The notes: generated by a model from the letters alone, not told the origin. Positions 21,092 to 30,880 are shown, counted from the stretch's first letter. The stretch: 64,000 nt of DNA from Candidatus Eiseniibacteriota bacterium (GCA_963717935.1 CAVQXP010000004.1:1952001-2016000), one strand, 5' to 3'. A program made the numbers and translations.

Positions 21092-22098
21092 GGCGCGCGT
21101 GCGCAGGGCTGGCCGCCGTGGCGCTCTTCGCGGGGACGGCGCTGGCCGCCCCCGCGACGCGAAGCCTGCCGGTCGCGCCGGTCCGCACCGCGAACACCCC
21201 GTCGCACGGGTACCCGTGCCAGGCCTCCGTGCGGCCCGGGTTCTCGCGGATCGGGCAGCCCGTGCTCTACCGCGGTCGCGTGGTGGTGCGCCCGGGGACC
21301 GTCCTGCGCTGGCAGATGCCGGCCAGCGGGGGCGCGTTCGAGTGGGGTAGCCCTCGGATCGGGCGCATCCCCCGGTACTCGGGCTCCATCAACCAGAGCT
21401 TGCTCGCGGACACGATGCAGATCGAGATCGACCTGCAGGCGTTCACGCCGGGCATGCTCAGCGTGCCCGGACTCGGCTTCGAAGTGCGCGAACGCACGGG
21501 GCAGCGCTGGACGGGCCATCTGCCGGTCGTCCGCCTGGGCGTCGCTTCGGTCGTGAGCGCCGAGGACACCAGCGCGCGCCTGCGCCCCCTGCGGGGCCCG
21601 CTCGGGGCACCGTGGTGGGAGCGCGTGCCCTGGCGCGTCGTGGGGCTCGTCGCGGCGGCCCTGGTGGCGGTCGCGTTCATCGTCTGGAGGCTGAGGCGCC
21701 GTCGCGCCCCGGTCGTCGAGCGCGCGCGGGCCCGGCCCCCGAAGGATCCCGCCACGGCGGCCCTCGAAGCGCTCGATGCGCTGCGGGGTCTGCGGCTGCC
21801 CGAGCACGGCCGGTTCGCCGAGCACGCCTTCCATCTGACGCGCATCCTGAGGGGATTCCTGGAGGCCACGCAGGGCGCTCCCCGCCCCGGCGACAGCACG
21901 CCGGAGCTGCTGATCCACCTCGGCGCGACGCAGCTGGCGGCGACGGACGTGGAGCGCCTCGCGGTGTTGCTCGCCGCCTGGGACCGGGTCAAGTTCGCGC
22001 GCGCCGCCTGCAGCCCCGAGGAGGCGCGGCGCGCCGAGGACGCGGTGGGGGATCTGGCCCGGCGGTGGCTCTCCGCCGCGGGGACGGAGGCCGCCTGA
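21088..22098 (+). CDS. Bat-cluster membrane protein (signal peptide, Ig-like domain, TM helix, C-terminal helical domain)
   Basis: Signal peptide; TM segment VVGLVAAALVAVAFIVW; C-terminal DRVKFA motif; sits between DUF58 and batA. Confidence 0.75.
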   Translation: MRRACAGLAAVALFAGTALAAPATRSLPVAPVRTANTPSHGYPCQASVRPGFSRIGQPVLYRGRVVVRPGTVLRWQMPASGGAFEWGSPRIGRIPRYSGSINQSLLADTMQIEIDLQAFTPGMLSVPGLGFEVRERTGQRWTGHLPVVRLGVASVVSAEDTSARLRPLRGPLGAPWWERVPWRVVGLVAAALVAVAFIVWRLRRRRAPVVERARARPPKDPATAALEALDALRGLRLPEHGRFAEHAFHLTRILRGFLEATQGAPRPGDSTPELLIHLGATQLAATDVERLAVLLAAWDRVKFARAACSPEEARRAEDAVGDLARRWLSAAGTEAA

Positions 22099-23075
22099 TG
22101 CGCTGGGAGGCCCCGTGGCTCCTGCTCCTGGTGCTGCTCGTGCCGCTGCTCGCCGCGCTGCGCCGCCGCCGCCCCCCGGCGCGCCCGGCCGCCGTGCTCT
22201 GGGCGCGGGCGGCCGGCCAGGGTGGCGTGCGCGCGGGACTCGTACGTGCGGTCTCCGTGCTGCCGTGGGTGGCGCTGGCGCTCGCGCTGGTCGCGCTCGC
22301 CCGCCCCCAGCGAGGCCTGCGCCTGAGCGAGACCGAGAGCCGGGGCGTGGACATCATGCTCGCGATCGACATGTCCCCGAGCATGTCGGCGCAGGATTTC
22401 CAGCCGCTCAACCGGCTCAGCGTCGCCAAGGCGACGGCGCGCGAGTTCATCCGCCGCCGTCCGCACGATCGCATCGGGCTGGCGGGCTTCGCGGCCACGG
22501 CCTTCACGCAGTGTCCGCTCACGCTCGACCACGACGCGCTCGTGGAATTGCTCGACGGTCTCGACTTCGGGCTCGCCGAGGACGGCACCGCCATCGGCAT
22601 GGGGCTCGCGACGGCCGTGGCGCGGTTACGCGAGAGCCGCACGCCCAGCAAGGTGATCGTGCTGCTCACGGACGGCGCCAACAACCGCGGGCAGATCGAC
22701 CCGCTCACCGGCGCGGACCTGGCGCGCGCGCTGGGAGTGAAGGTCCACACGATCCTGGTGGGCCGGGGGGGCCTCGTGCCCGTGCCGTTGGACGACCCCG
22801 TGATGGGCCGGCGCATCCAGATGATGCAGATGGAGGTGGATCCGGTCTCCTTGCAGCGGATCGCGGAGCGGACGGGAGGCCGCTTCTACCGGGCCACGGA
22901 CGCGGGCGCGCTGGCGGGGATCTACGGTGAGATCGACCGGCTCGAGCGCGTGCCGGTGCGCTCGATCGTCTACCGGGACTACCGCGACCTGGCTTCCTTC
23001 GTGCTGGGCGCGGCAGCCCTGCTGCTGGCGGCTTCCGCGCTGCTCGGCAGCACCGTGGCCTTCAGGCTTCCGTGA
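22098..23075 (+). CDS. batA: VWA domain protein, BatA-like
   Basis: LARPQ, GVDIMLAIDMSPSM (MIDAS), QCPLTLDH, GTAIGMGL, LLTDGANNRG, TGGRFYRA. Confidence 0.9.
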   Translation: MRWEAPWLLLLVLLVPLLAALRRRRPPARPAAVLWARAAGQGGVRAGLVRAVSVLPWVALALALVALARPQRGLRLSETESRGVDIMLAIDMSPSMSAQDFQPLNRLSVAKATAREFIRRRPHDRIGLAGFAATAFTQCPLTLDHDALVELLDGLDFGLAEDGTAIGMGLATAVARLRESRTPSKVIVLLTDGANNRGQIDPLTGADLARALGVKVHTILVGRGGLVPVPLDDPVMGRRIQMMQMEVDPVSLQRIAERTGGRFYRATDAGALAGIYGEIDRLERVPVRSIVYRDYRDLASFVLGAAALLLAASALLGSTVAFRLP

Positions 23076-23085
23076 GGACCCGACC

Positions 23086-24798
23086 GTGACGTTCCCCGAC
23101 CCTCGGTGGCTCCTGGCGCTCGCCGTCGTGCCCGTGCTGTCGCTGCTCGAGGTGGCGGCCGTGCGGCGGGCGCGGCGGGGGCTCGCTCGCCTGATCGGAG
23201 AGCGCCCGGACTCCGTGCTGCGCGCGCAGGTGCTCGCGGGCTCGCGGCGCGCCGGGGCGCTGCTGCGGCTCGGCGCGCTGACGGCCCTGATCGTGGGAGC
23301 GGCGGGGCCGGAGTGGGGGCGCGAGGTGGTGCGCCGCGCCTCGAGTGGTTCGGACGTGGTGCTGGTCATGGACGCCTCCGCCAGCATGGACACCCGGGAC
23401 GTGGCACCCTCGCGGCTGGAGGAGGCGCGGCGCGAGGCACTGGCCGCGCTGGAGCGGCTCGAGGGGAGCCGGGTCGGGGTCGTGGCGTTCGCCGGGGACG
23501 CTTCGCGTCTCTGCCCGCTCACGCTCGATCGGAGCGCGGCGCGGCTGACGCTCGAGTCGTTCTCCAGCGGCTCGGTGAGCACGCCGGGCACCGACCTGGG
23601 TCGCGCGCTGCGGCTGGCGGCGCGGGTCATGCCGCCCGGGCGGCGCGACGAGCAGGCCATCGTGCTGTGGACGGACGGGGAGGACCTCGAGCGCGGCGCG
23701 AGGGCCGCCCTGGACGAGATCGCGCTGAGCGGGGTCCGGGTCTTCGCGGTGGGCGTGGGCACGCCGTCGGGTGGCGAGGTGCCGGTGCTGGACGACCAGG
23801 GCCGCGCGGTGGACGTGAAGCGCGAACCGGGCGGGGGCCCCGTGGTGAGCCGGCTGGACGAGTCGCTGCTGAGAATGGTCGCGCGGCGCACCGGCGGCGG
23901 CTACTTTTCCGCGTCGCGCCCTGGCGGAGAGCTGCCGCGGCTGCTGGCCTCGCTGGGCGCGCTGGCGCGCTCGGCAAGGGGCACGCGCATGACCGAGCGG
24001 CCGGTGGCGCGCTTCCGCTGGTTTGCGGTGATCGCGATCGTGCTGCTGTCGCTGGACCTCCTGCGGGCGCGGCGGCGCCGCGAGGCGGAGTCCGAGGCGG
24101 GCGCGCCGCTGCACTCCGAGCGGGGCACGGCCGCGGCGGTGGCACTCCTGGTCCTGCTCGTCCCCGGACCGGCGCGGGCGCAGAGCGAGTGGGCCCGGGG
24201 TGACCGCGCCTTCAGGGCGGGGGAGTGGGCGGCGGCGGAATCCCTCTACGCGCGGCGCCTGAGGCACGGCGCGCCGGAGGAGGTGCGCATGAACCTGGCG
24301 ACGGTGCGGGGGAAGGCGGGGCAGGGGGACCGCGCCGAGCGCGAGCTGTCGGCGCTGGGAGGGCGCGACACGCGCGCGGGACGGGCAGCGGGCTACAATC
24401 TCGGCACGCTCCTGGGCGAGCGGGGCGAACTCGAGCGCGCGCTGGTGGCCCTGCGCGGCACGTTGAAGCGCGACCCGGAGGACGAGGACGCGCGCTGGAA
24501 CTACGAGGTGCTCCTGCGCGAGCGGCAGCGACGCGAGCAGGAGGAGAAACCGAAGCCGGAGCCGAAGCGCCAGGCGGCAGGCGGCGGAGGCGGGAGCGCG
24601 CGGCCGCAGGCCGCACCGCCGAAGCCGCCGCCTGCGGGCGGGCCGCCCCGGGAACAGCCGGCCACGGGGCCGCAGGGGGCGATGAGCCGCTCCGAGGCGG
24701 AGCGGCTGCTGGATGCGCTGGCGGATCTCGAGCGCTCGCAACGGGGACGGCAGCGGAAGACGCGCGCAACGGACGAGAAGAGGGGGAAGGACTGGTGA
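23086..24798 (+). CDS. BatB-like VWA domain fused to BatC-like TPR and low-complexity tail
   Basis: GPEWG, DASASM, DVAPSRL, WTDGED; after two hydrophobic segments a TPR (YNLG, DARWNYE); C-terminal MSRSEAERLLDAL...KDW. Confidence 0.85.
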   Translation: MTFPDPRWLLALAVVPVLSLLEVAAVRRARRGLARLIGERPDSVLRAQVLAGSRRAGALLRLGALTALIVGAAGPEWGREVVRRASSGSDVVLVMDASASMDTRDVAPSRLEEARREALAALERLEGSRVGVVAFAGDASRLCPLTLDRSAARLTLESFSSGSVSTPGTDLGRALRLAARVMPPGRRDEQAIVLWTDGEDLERGARAALDEIALSGVRVFAVGVGTPSGGEVPVLDDQGRAVDVKREPGGGPVVSRLDESLLRMVARRTGGGYFSASRPGGELPRLLASLGALARSARGTRMTERPVARFRWFAVIAIVLLSLDLLRARRRREAESEAGAPLHSERGTAAAVALLVLLVPGPARAQSEWARGDRAFRAGEWAAAESLYARRLRHGAPEEVRMNLATVRGKAGQGDRAERELSALGGRDTRAGRAAGYNLGTLLGERGELERALVALRGTLKRDPEDEDARWNYEVLLRERQRREQEEKPKPEPKRQAAGGGGGSARPQAAPPKPPPAGGPPREQPATGPQGAMSRSEAERLLDALADLERSQRGRQRKTRATDEKRGKDW

Positions 24799-27071
24799 GG
24801 CGCGTGGGACTCGCGTTGGCGCTGGCCGTGGTCGCGCTGGCCTGTGTTCCTGCGGGGGCCAGGGCTGCGGGGGAGGTCGTGGCGCGGCTGGAACGGGGGC
24901 GGGGGACGGTGGGCGAAAGCGTGGACTTCGAGGTCGTGGTGAGCGGGGTGGGGGGGGGCATCGAGGCGCCCGCGCTCCAGGTGCCTGCGGGTCTCGAGGT
25001 GCTCGGCGTCTCGCGGGCCGAGAACTACTCGTGGGTCAACGGCCGGAGTTCTTCGCAGACGGTCTTCCTGTACCAGATCGGGCTCCTGCGACCGGGGCGC
25101 TACGCTCTTGGGCCCGTCCGGGTCCGGGCCGGCGGGCAGGTCCTTGCGAGCGGAGTGAGCGACCTGGTGGTGACGGCTGCCGCGCCGGGGCTCGCGACGG
25201 AGTCCGGAGCAGCATCGCTGCTCGTCGATGTGGAGCCGCGGACGCCGTGGGTGGGAGAACCCGTGGTCCTGCGCGTGCGGCTGGTGCTGGCCCAGGATCT
25301 GGCCGAGGAGCCCGCCTACGTGCCACCCATGACCACGGGGTTCTGGGCGGAGACGCCGAGCCGGCCGGAGTCGTACTACGCCACCCAGGGGGGGCGCCGC
25401 GTCCTCGTCACCGAGACGCGGACCCGCCTGTACCCGCTGGCACCGGGGTTGGCGCGCATCGGCCCGGCGGGGGCCGGGGTCGTGTTCCAGGGAGCGGGCG
25501 CGGCAGACCCGTCTCGCTGGGTGTCGGGCCGGGTGCCGCGGCGCGAGGTCACGCTCAGGAGCCGGCCGATCGAGGTGAGCGTCCGCCCGTTGCCGCCGGG
25601 GGCGCCGCAGGGGTTCGACGGTGCGGTGGGGAGGTTCACGACGCGCTGGTCCGCGGACCGCACGCGAACGTCGCAGGACGTCCCGGTCACGGCGCGGCTC
25701 GACGTGCGGGGCGAGGGGAACCTGCCTCTGGTGAAGGCGCCGGCCCTGGCCCTGGAGGACGGGGAGGTGTTCGTGGGCGGGTCGGAGGACAGCCTGCCCA
25801 CTCCCGGGGTGAGGGGAACGGGCCGGAGACGCTTCCAATGGAACGTGCTCCCCCACCGCGCGGGGACGTTGTCGATCGCAGCGCCGGCGTTCGCCTGGTT
25901 CGACCCGGCCGCCGGTGTCTACCGGAGCGCGGTGCTGGCGCCGCTCGTGGTGGAGGTGGGCCCGGCGGTCTTCTCCTCGGGCGGGGAGCGCGACGTGTTC
26001 CCGGCGATCTTCCTGCGCGAGGCGCGCGACCCCTTTGCCCGGGGCGCGGCGCCCTGGGCCTGGGCGCTGGCGGGGTTGCTCGGGGGCGCTGCCGCCGTGG
26101 CGTGGCGCGTTCGGCCGGCGGCGGATCCGCACGCGGAGACGCGCGCCCGGGTGGCAGCCTGGCGCAATGTGTTGCGCGCCCCCGGAGGGGCGGCCTTCTG
26201 GCGGGCTGCCGAGGAAGCCGCCGAGTGGCTGGAAGGCAGCGGCAGGCCGGTCGGCGAGGTCCGCGCGCAGGTCGTCGCCACGCGCTACGGGGACGGCGAT
26301 GCGGACGTGGACGCGGTGCGGCTGCGCCTCTCGAGAGAATTGACGGCCGCTCTGCCCGCGGCAGCGGTGCGGCGGGGATGGCGGCCCGCGGCGGTGGCGC
26401 TGGCCGGAATCGCGGTGATCCTCGTGGTCCTGAGCGGCGTGCCCCTGGGCGAGAGCGCGAACTCGCTCCGGCTGCGGGCGACGGACCGCGTGGCGCGCGA
26501 GGGGGACGTAGCGCGGGCGCGGACCGCGTGGATCGGGATGTGGGCGGAGGGCGCGCGGGGGCCGGGGTTGGCCGCGCGGCTGGCGTGGGCCGAAGCGACG
26601 GGGGGTGCGTTGGGGCCTGCCGCCGTCTGGGTGCTGCGGGGCGAGCAGAGCGATGCGCGCGACCCGGCGCTGGCGTGGGTCGCCGACCTCGTGCGCGAGG
26701 GCGGCGGGCTCGCGGGTGCGCGCCCGGTGAGGCTCCCGGTTCGCCGGGCGGAATGGGCGGTGCTCGCTCTGGCGCTGGGGCTTGGGGCCGGGGCGGTCTG
26801 GCCGAGACGAGGGCTGGCGCTGACGCTCGGCGTGCTGGCGGTGTGCTCGGCGGGAGTGGAGCCAGTGCAGGATGTGTGGGCTGCTCACGTCGGCCAGTCG
26901 GTAGTGGGCAGGAACGTGACCCTGGAGGGCGCGGCAGGCCTCGAACTCGAGACCGGACAGGTCGTGGAGGTGCTGCGGAGCGAAGGGGCGTGGGCCCAGG
27001 TCCGGGCGGGCCGTGAAGTGGAGGGGCGGGTGCCCGTGGGGGCCTTGCTGCCGGTGGGGAGGTCGCGATGA
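24795..27071 (+). CDS. BatD-like protein with C-terminal BatE-like TM/SH3 region
   Basis: Signal peptide; SWVNG, GRYALGP, FDGAVGRF, GEGNL, FAWFDP; C-terminal GQVVEVLRSEGAWAQVR...GRVP resembles SH3. Confidence 0.8.
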   Translation: MRRVGLALALAVVALACVPAGARAAGEVVARLERGRGTVGESVDFEVVVSGVGGGIEAPALQVPAGLEVLGVSRAENYSWVNGRSSSQTVFLYQIGLLRPGRYALGPVRVRAGGQVLASGVSDLVVTAAAPGLATESGAASLLVDVEPRTPWVGEPVVLRVRLVLAQDLAEEPAYVPPMTTGFWAETPSRPESYYATQGGRRVLVTETRTRLYPLAPGLARIGPAGAGVVFQGAGAADPSRWVSGRVPRREVTLRSRPIEVSVRPLPPGAPQGFDGAVGRFTTRWSADRTRTSQDVPVTARLDVRGEGNLPLVKAPALALEDGEVFVGGSEDSLPTPGVRGTGRRRFQWNVLPHRAGTLSIAAPAFAWFDPAAGVYRSAVLAPLVVEVGPAVFSSGGERDVFPAIFLREARDPFARGAAPWAWALAGLLGGAAAVAWRVRPAADPHAETRARVAAWRNVLRAPGGAAFWRAAEEAAEWLEGSGRPVGEVRAQVVATRYGDGDADVDAVRLRLSRELTAALPAAAVRRGWRPAAVALAGIAVILVVLSGVPLGESANSLRLRATDRVAREGDVARARTAWIGMWAEGARGPGLAARLAWAEATGGALGPAAVWVLRGEQSDARDPALAWVADLVREGGGLAGARPVRLPVRRAEWAVLALALGLGAGAVWPRRGLALTLGVLAVCSAGVEPVQDVWAAHVGQSVVGRNVTLEGAAGLELETGQVVEVLRSEGAWAQVRAGREVEGRVPVGALLPVGRSR

Positions 27072-27637
27072 AGGCGCTGATGCTGGCGCTCGCGCTGCTG
27101 AGCCCCGTCGAGCGTCTGGACCTGGCGGTCGCGCGCGAGGTGCAGGGTGCGCGGCGTCCGGCGCTCGAGGGAGTCATGCACCAGGCCACGGCGGTCGGTC
27201 GCCCGGTGGTCGTGGTGGGGGGGCTCGCGATCGTGCTGGCCGTGGACTTGGCCAGCGGGGGGGGCTGGAGCACGCTACGGCTGGCGGTGGCAGGGCTGGC
27301 AGGGACGAACCTCGTGGTGGAGCTGCTCAAGCGCGCCGTCGGGCGCCAGCGGCCGGACGGGGAGCAGAAGCGCTCGAACTCCTCGTTCCCTTCGAGTCAC
27401 GCCGCGAACGCCTTCGCGCTGGCGTGGGTCCTCGGCGCGCGGTGGCGCCGCGGGATCCCGCTCTTCGTCGCCCTGGCGCTGCTGGTCGCGTTCTCGCGCA
27501 TGTACCTGAACCGGCACTTTCTGAGCGACGTGGTGGTCGGCGCGCTGATCGGCATGGCCATCATGGGGGTGGCGCAGGTCTGGCTGCCGCTCCGTCGGCG
27601 CACGGCGGGGCCCGGGACGGCGAGGCCCGCGCGCTGA
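27068..27637 (+). CDS. PAP2-family phosphatase
   Basis: KRAVGRQRP, SFPSSHA, SRMYLNRHFLSDV. Confidence 0.9.
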   Translation: MKALMLALALLSPVERLDLAVAREVQGARRPALEGVMHQATAVGRPVVVVGGLAIVLAVDLASGGGWSTLRLAVAGLAGTNLVVELLKRAVGRQRPDGEQKRSNSSFPSSHAANAFALAWVLGARWRRGIPLFVALALLVAFSRMYLNRHFLSDVVVGALIGMAIMGVAQVWLPLRRRTAGPGTARPAR

Positions 27638-27704
27638 GGAGGGCTGCGGGGCTGGCGGGGGCCCGGGGGCTTTGCTATCGTGCGAGCAGGAGGTCGTGCG
27701 AGCG

Positions 27705-28169
27705 ATGGCGATCGTGGTCGGTCCTGCTCTGCACCCTGCTTACCTCATCGCGGATCTCAAGAGTTGCAGCCGTGATTCCGTTCTCGGCGAACTGGCGCGC
27801 CAGGCGCAGGGGATCGGTGTCACGCGAGAACCCGGGCCACTCCGCGCCACGCTGCGGATGCGTGAGCGCCTCGGGTCCACCGGCCTGGGACACGGGTTGG
27901 CCGTCCCGAACGCCCGGTCGCTTCTTGTGACGAGGCCCGCCCTGCTGGTGGGCCGCTCGCGGCGCGGTGTGGACTGGGGGGCGGAGGACGGTGCCCCGGT
28001 CCAGGTCGTCCTGCTGGTGATCTCGCCGGCGGGGACGAGCGCGCCGTGCCATGTGGCTGCGGTGGCCCGCGCGGTCGCAGCCACCCGCACCGCACGGGTG
28101 CGACAGCGCCTGTTCGAGTGCGACAGCCCCGCCGGGATCGCGGAGTTGCTCCGGGGGGGGCCGGGATGA
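27705..28169 (+). CDS. PTS EIIA (PtsN/fructose-type) domain protein with Asn at the phospho-His position
   Basis: AGGAGGT RBS; RERLGSTGLGHGLAVPNAR, GVDWGAEDGAPV. Confidence 0.85.
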   Translation: MAIVVGPALHPAYLIADLKSCSRDSVLGELARQAQGIGVTREPGPLRATLRMRERLGSTGLGHGLAVPNARSLLVTRPALLVGRSRRGVDWGAEDGAPVQVVLLVISPAGTSAPCHVAAVARAVAATRTARVRQRLFECDSPAGIAELLRGGPG

Positions 28170-28501
28170 CGGACTGGAGCGACGTGGTCAGCCTGCACGA
28201 CCTCGACCTGCTGATCGAGGAGGCGCGTTCCGGCGGCTCGCGAGAGCGCACGTTGAGCCTGGGCTTCCGCCTGGCGGGGCTGCCGGCGGTCGAGCGGGCG
28301 CGGGCCCGCGTCCATGCGCGGCTGGGCGGCCGGTGGGTGCAGGCCTACGAGCGGGCGCAGCGGCGCTACGGGCGTGGGGTCGTGGCCGTGCGCGATGGCG
28401 TCTGCCAGGGCTGCTTCATCACGCTGCCCACCTGCGCCGCGGCGACCCCCGACTCCCTGACGGTCTGCGAGTCCTGCGGCCGGATCCTGTTCTGGCGCTG
28501 A
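28166..28501 (+). CDS. C4 zinc-ribbon protein (zf-RING_7/DUF164-like, short)
   Basis: YERAQRRYG, CQGCFITLP, CESCGRILFW; ATGA overlap with the upstream gene. Confidence 0.82.
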   Translation: MTDWSDVVSLHDLDLLIEEARSGGSRERTLSLGFRLAGLPAVERARARVHARLGGRWVQAYERAQRRYGRGVVAVRDGVCQGCFITLPTCAAATPDSLTVCESCGRILFWR

Positions 28502-28502
28502 A

Positions 28503-28525
28503 GGGTCCACGCGCGGGTCCACGCG
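28503..28525. repeat. 11-bp direct repeat GGGTCCACGCG, two copies
   Basis: Copies at 28503-28513 and 28515-28525, intergenic. Confidence 0.6.
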
Positions 28526-28585
28526 GAAGCGTGGGCTGCGTTATGCTGTGCAAGCCCGGACCGGGCGTGGAACGGAGGATCCGTG

Positions 28586-29008
28586 ATGAGGGTGAGCCGG
28601 GGGTGGTACGTTCTCATGTTGCTCGGGTGGAGCATGGGGACGGGGTGCACGGCGTTGCGCGAGATCCCGCGCGCGGAATACCTGGAGCGTGCGCAGGAAC
28701 GGCCCATCCGGGTCGTGACACACGAGGGCCTGAGTTACGAGCTGGACGCGGGGAAGATCGAGGCCGACACGCTGGTGGGATACCGTCGCCGGGATGTCGA
28801 GGGACCGATCGACGAGTTCGACACCATTCGCCTGCCGCTCGATGACGTGGCCACGATCTCGGCCCGGCGGATCGACTGGTACCGGACGGGCATGGTCGGT
28901 GGGCTGTCCATGGCGGTGATCGTCGCCGTGGCGATCAGCCGGCACGCGTCCGGCGGCGCGGCGACCGTGGCGGAACCGTGCGATGATTCGAAGATACCCT
29001 GCTACTAG
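28586..29008 (+). CDS. Hypothetical lipoprotein with C-terminal hydrophobic segment
   Basis: GGAGG RBS; hydrophobic leader ending GTGC; C-terminal TM-like stretch and PCDDSKIPCY. Confidence 0.7.
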   Translation: MRVSRGWYVLMLLGWSMGTGCTALREIPRAEYLERAQERPIRVVTHEGLSYELDAGKIEADTLVGYRRRDVEGPIDEFDTIRLPLDDVATISARRIDWYRTGMVGGLSMAVIVAVAISRHASGGAATVAEPCDDSKIPCY

Positions 29009-29009
29009 G

Positions 29010-29369
29010 TCAGCGCGTCAGAGCGTGCGTGGCCACCGCGGCGAGGCCCGCGCCGATCGCGTCGGCCGCGAGGTCCACGGCATCGAATCCGCCGTGGCGG
29101 CGGTCCCGGATCTCCTTGACCAGGCCGAGCGTGAGCGCGCTCGCGGCGGCGCTGGCGGGCTGCCGGGAGAGGAGCCCGACGCCGAGACCGAGGGTGAAGG
29201 CGAAGGAGGCGTGCTCCAGGCGGTCGGGCCGTAGCAGGCCGGTCTGCCACGCGCGTATGGCCGGCGGGGGCGGTGGGGGCGACGCGGTGGTCTGGGCAAG
29301 CACGGCCGCGGGGGCGAGCGCGAGCCGGAAGAGGAGCGCGAGACTGACCAGCCCTGCGATGGACCTCAA
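29010..29369 (-). CDS. YfiM/DUF2279-like membrane or secreted protein
   Basis: GAGGAGG before a TTG start; signal peptide; DRLEH...GLVKEIRD...DLAADAIG pattern. Confidence 0.65.
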   Translation of the reverse strand: MRSIAGLVSLALLFRLALAPAAVLAQTTASPPPPPPAIRAWQTGLLRPDRLEHASFAFTLGLGVGLLSRQPASAAASALTLGLVKEIRDRRHGGFDAVDLAADAIGAGLAAVATHALTR

Positions 29370-29422
29370 CGGAGCCTCCTCGGGTTGCCCGGCCGGGCCG
29401 GGGCGCGGAGTCTGCGGCGTGG

Positions 29423-30854
29423 ATGAACCCGCCTCTCGGGCGATTCGCGGTGCCTGAGCTCGAGCCGGTCGCCGCGGCGCGCCTTGCGGCGCATCCATGG
29501 CCCGCGCAGGCGCTCGCCGTGCTCGAGCGGCTGCGCGCGGGCGGGCACCAAGCTTACCTCGTCGGGGGCGCGTTGCGCGACGTGCTGCTGGGCCGGGCGG
29601 GGGCGGAGTTGCTGGACGTGGCGACGGACCGCCGGCCGGATGAGGTCATGGCCCTGTTCCCGCGCATCGAGCCGATCGGGATCGCGCATGGCACGGTGCT
29701 CGTGATGTTCGAGGGGCTCGCTCTGGAGTGCACCACGTTCCGGCGCGAGGGTGCGTACGCGGACGCGCGCCACCCGGACGACGTGGAGTTCACCACGGAC
29801 CTGCGCGCGGACCTGGGGCGGCGCGACTTCACCGTGAACGCCCTGGCGTACGATCCGCTGAGCGGCGTGCTGGTGGACGTCCACGGTGGGCTCTTGGACC
29901 TGGAACACCGCCGCCTGCGGGCGGTGGGAGATCCGCTGGCGCGCTTCCGCGAAGACGCGCTCCGTCCCGGTGCGGGCGGCCCGCTTCGCGGCCACCCTGG
30001 AGTTCGCGATCGAGCCCGCCACGCGCGCGGCCCTCGGGGGAGTGGTGGATCGCGCGCGGCTCGTGGCGCCGGAGCGCGTGCGCGAGGAACTGGTGAAGCT
30101 GATGGCCGCGCGGCGGCCCTCAACCGGTCTCGAGCTGCTGCGCGAGGCGGGGCTGCTGGAGCTGTGGATGCCGGAGCTCACGCGGTGCCACGGCGTGCCG
30201 CAGAACCGCTGGCACGCGCACGATGTCTACACCCATTTGCTTGAGACCTGCGATCACGCGCCGACGGCGAAGGCCTTGGTGCGGTGGGCCGCCCTGCTGC
30301 ACGACATCGGCAAGCCCGACACGCGCGTCGAGCGGCGGGGCGACGGGACCTTCTACGGGCATCAGACGGTGGGAGCGGATCTGGCCGACCGCCTGCTTGA
30401 GCGGCTGCGGTTCCCGGGCGTCCAGCGCGCGGCGGTCGTTCACCTGGTGCGCGAGCACATGTTCGACTACCGGTCGGAGTGGAGCGACGCGGCGGTGCGA
30501 CGCTGGGTGCGCCGCGTCGGGGAGGAAGCGGTCGCGGACCTGTTCGACCTGCGCATCGCGGACATGCTGGGCAACGGCCTGAAGACGGGCTTCCCGGCGC
30601 AGTTGGAACCGCTGCGGCGGCGCATCGGGCGCGTGCTGGCCGGATCCCACGCCCTGCGCGTCCGCGACCTCGCGGTGGACGGGAGTGACGTGATGGGGGC
30701 GCTCGGCATCGGGCCGGGCGTGGTGGTGGGGGAGGCGCTGGAAGGGCTGCTGGAGGACGTGCTCGAGGAGCCGGGCCGTAACACGCGCGAGTGGCTGCTG
30801 GCGCGGTTGGCGGAGTTGCGTGCGACGCGCGCCGGCACGTCCGGCGGCGCTTGA
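29423..30854 (+). CDS. cca: tRNA nucleotidyltransferase (CCA-adding enzyme) with HD domain (frameshift near 29965)
   Basis: YLVGGALRD, HGTV, RRDFTVNA, FREDALR, ERVREEL, LLHDIGKP. Confidence 0.9.
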
Positions 30855-30880
30855 CACCCTCGAAGAGCGGCCCGTATCCT
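30851..30880 (+). promoter_or_regulatory. Putative sigma70 promoter
   Basis: TTGACA-N18-TATCCT. Confidence 0.55.
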
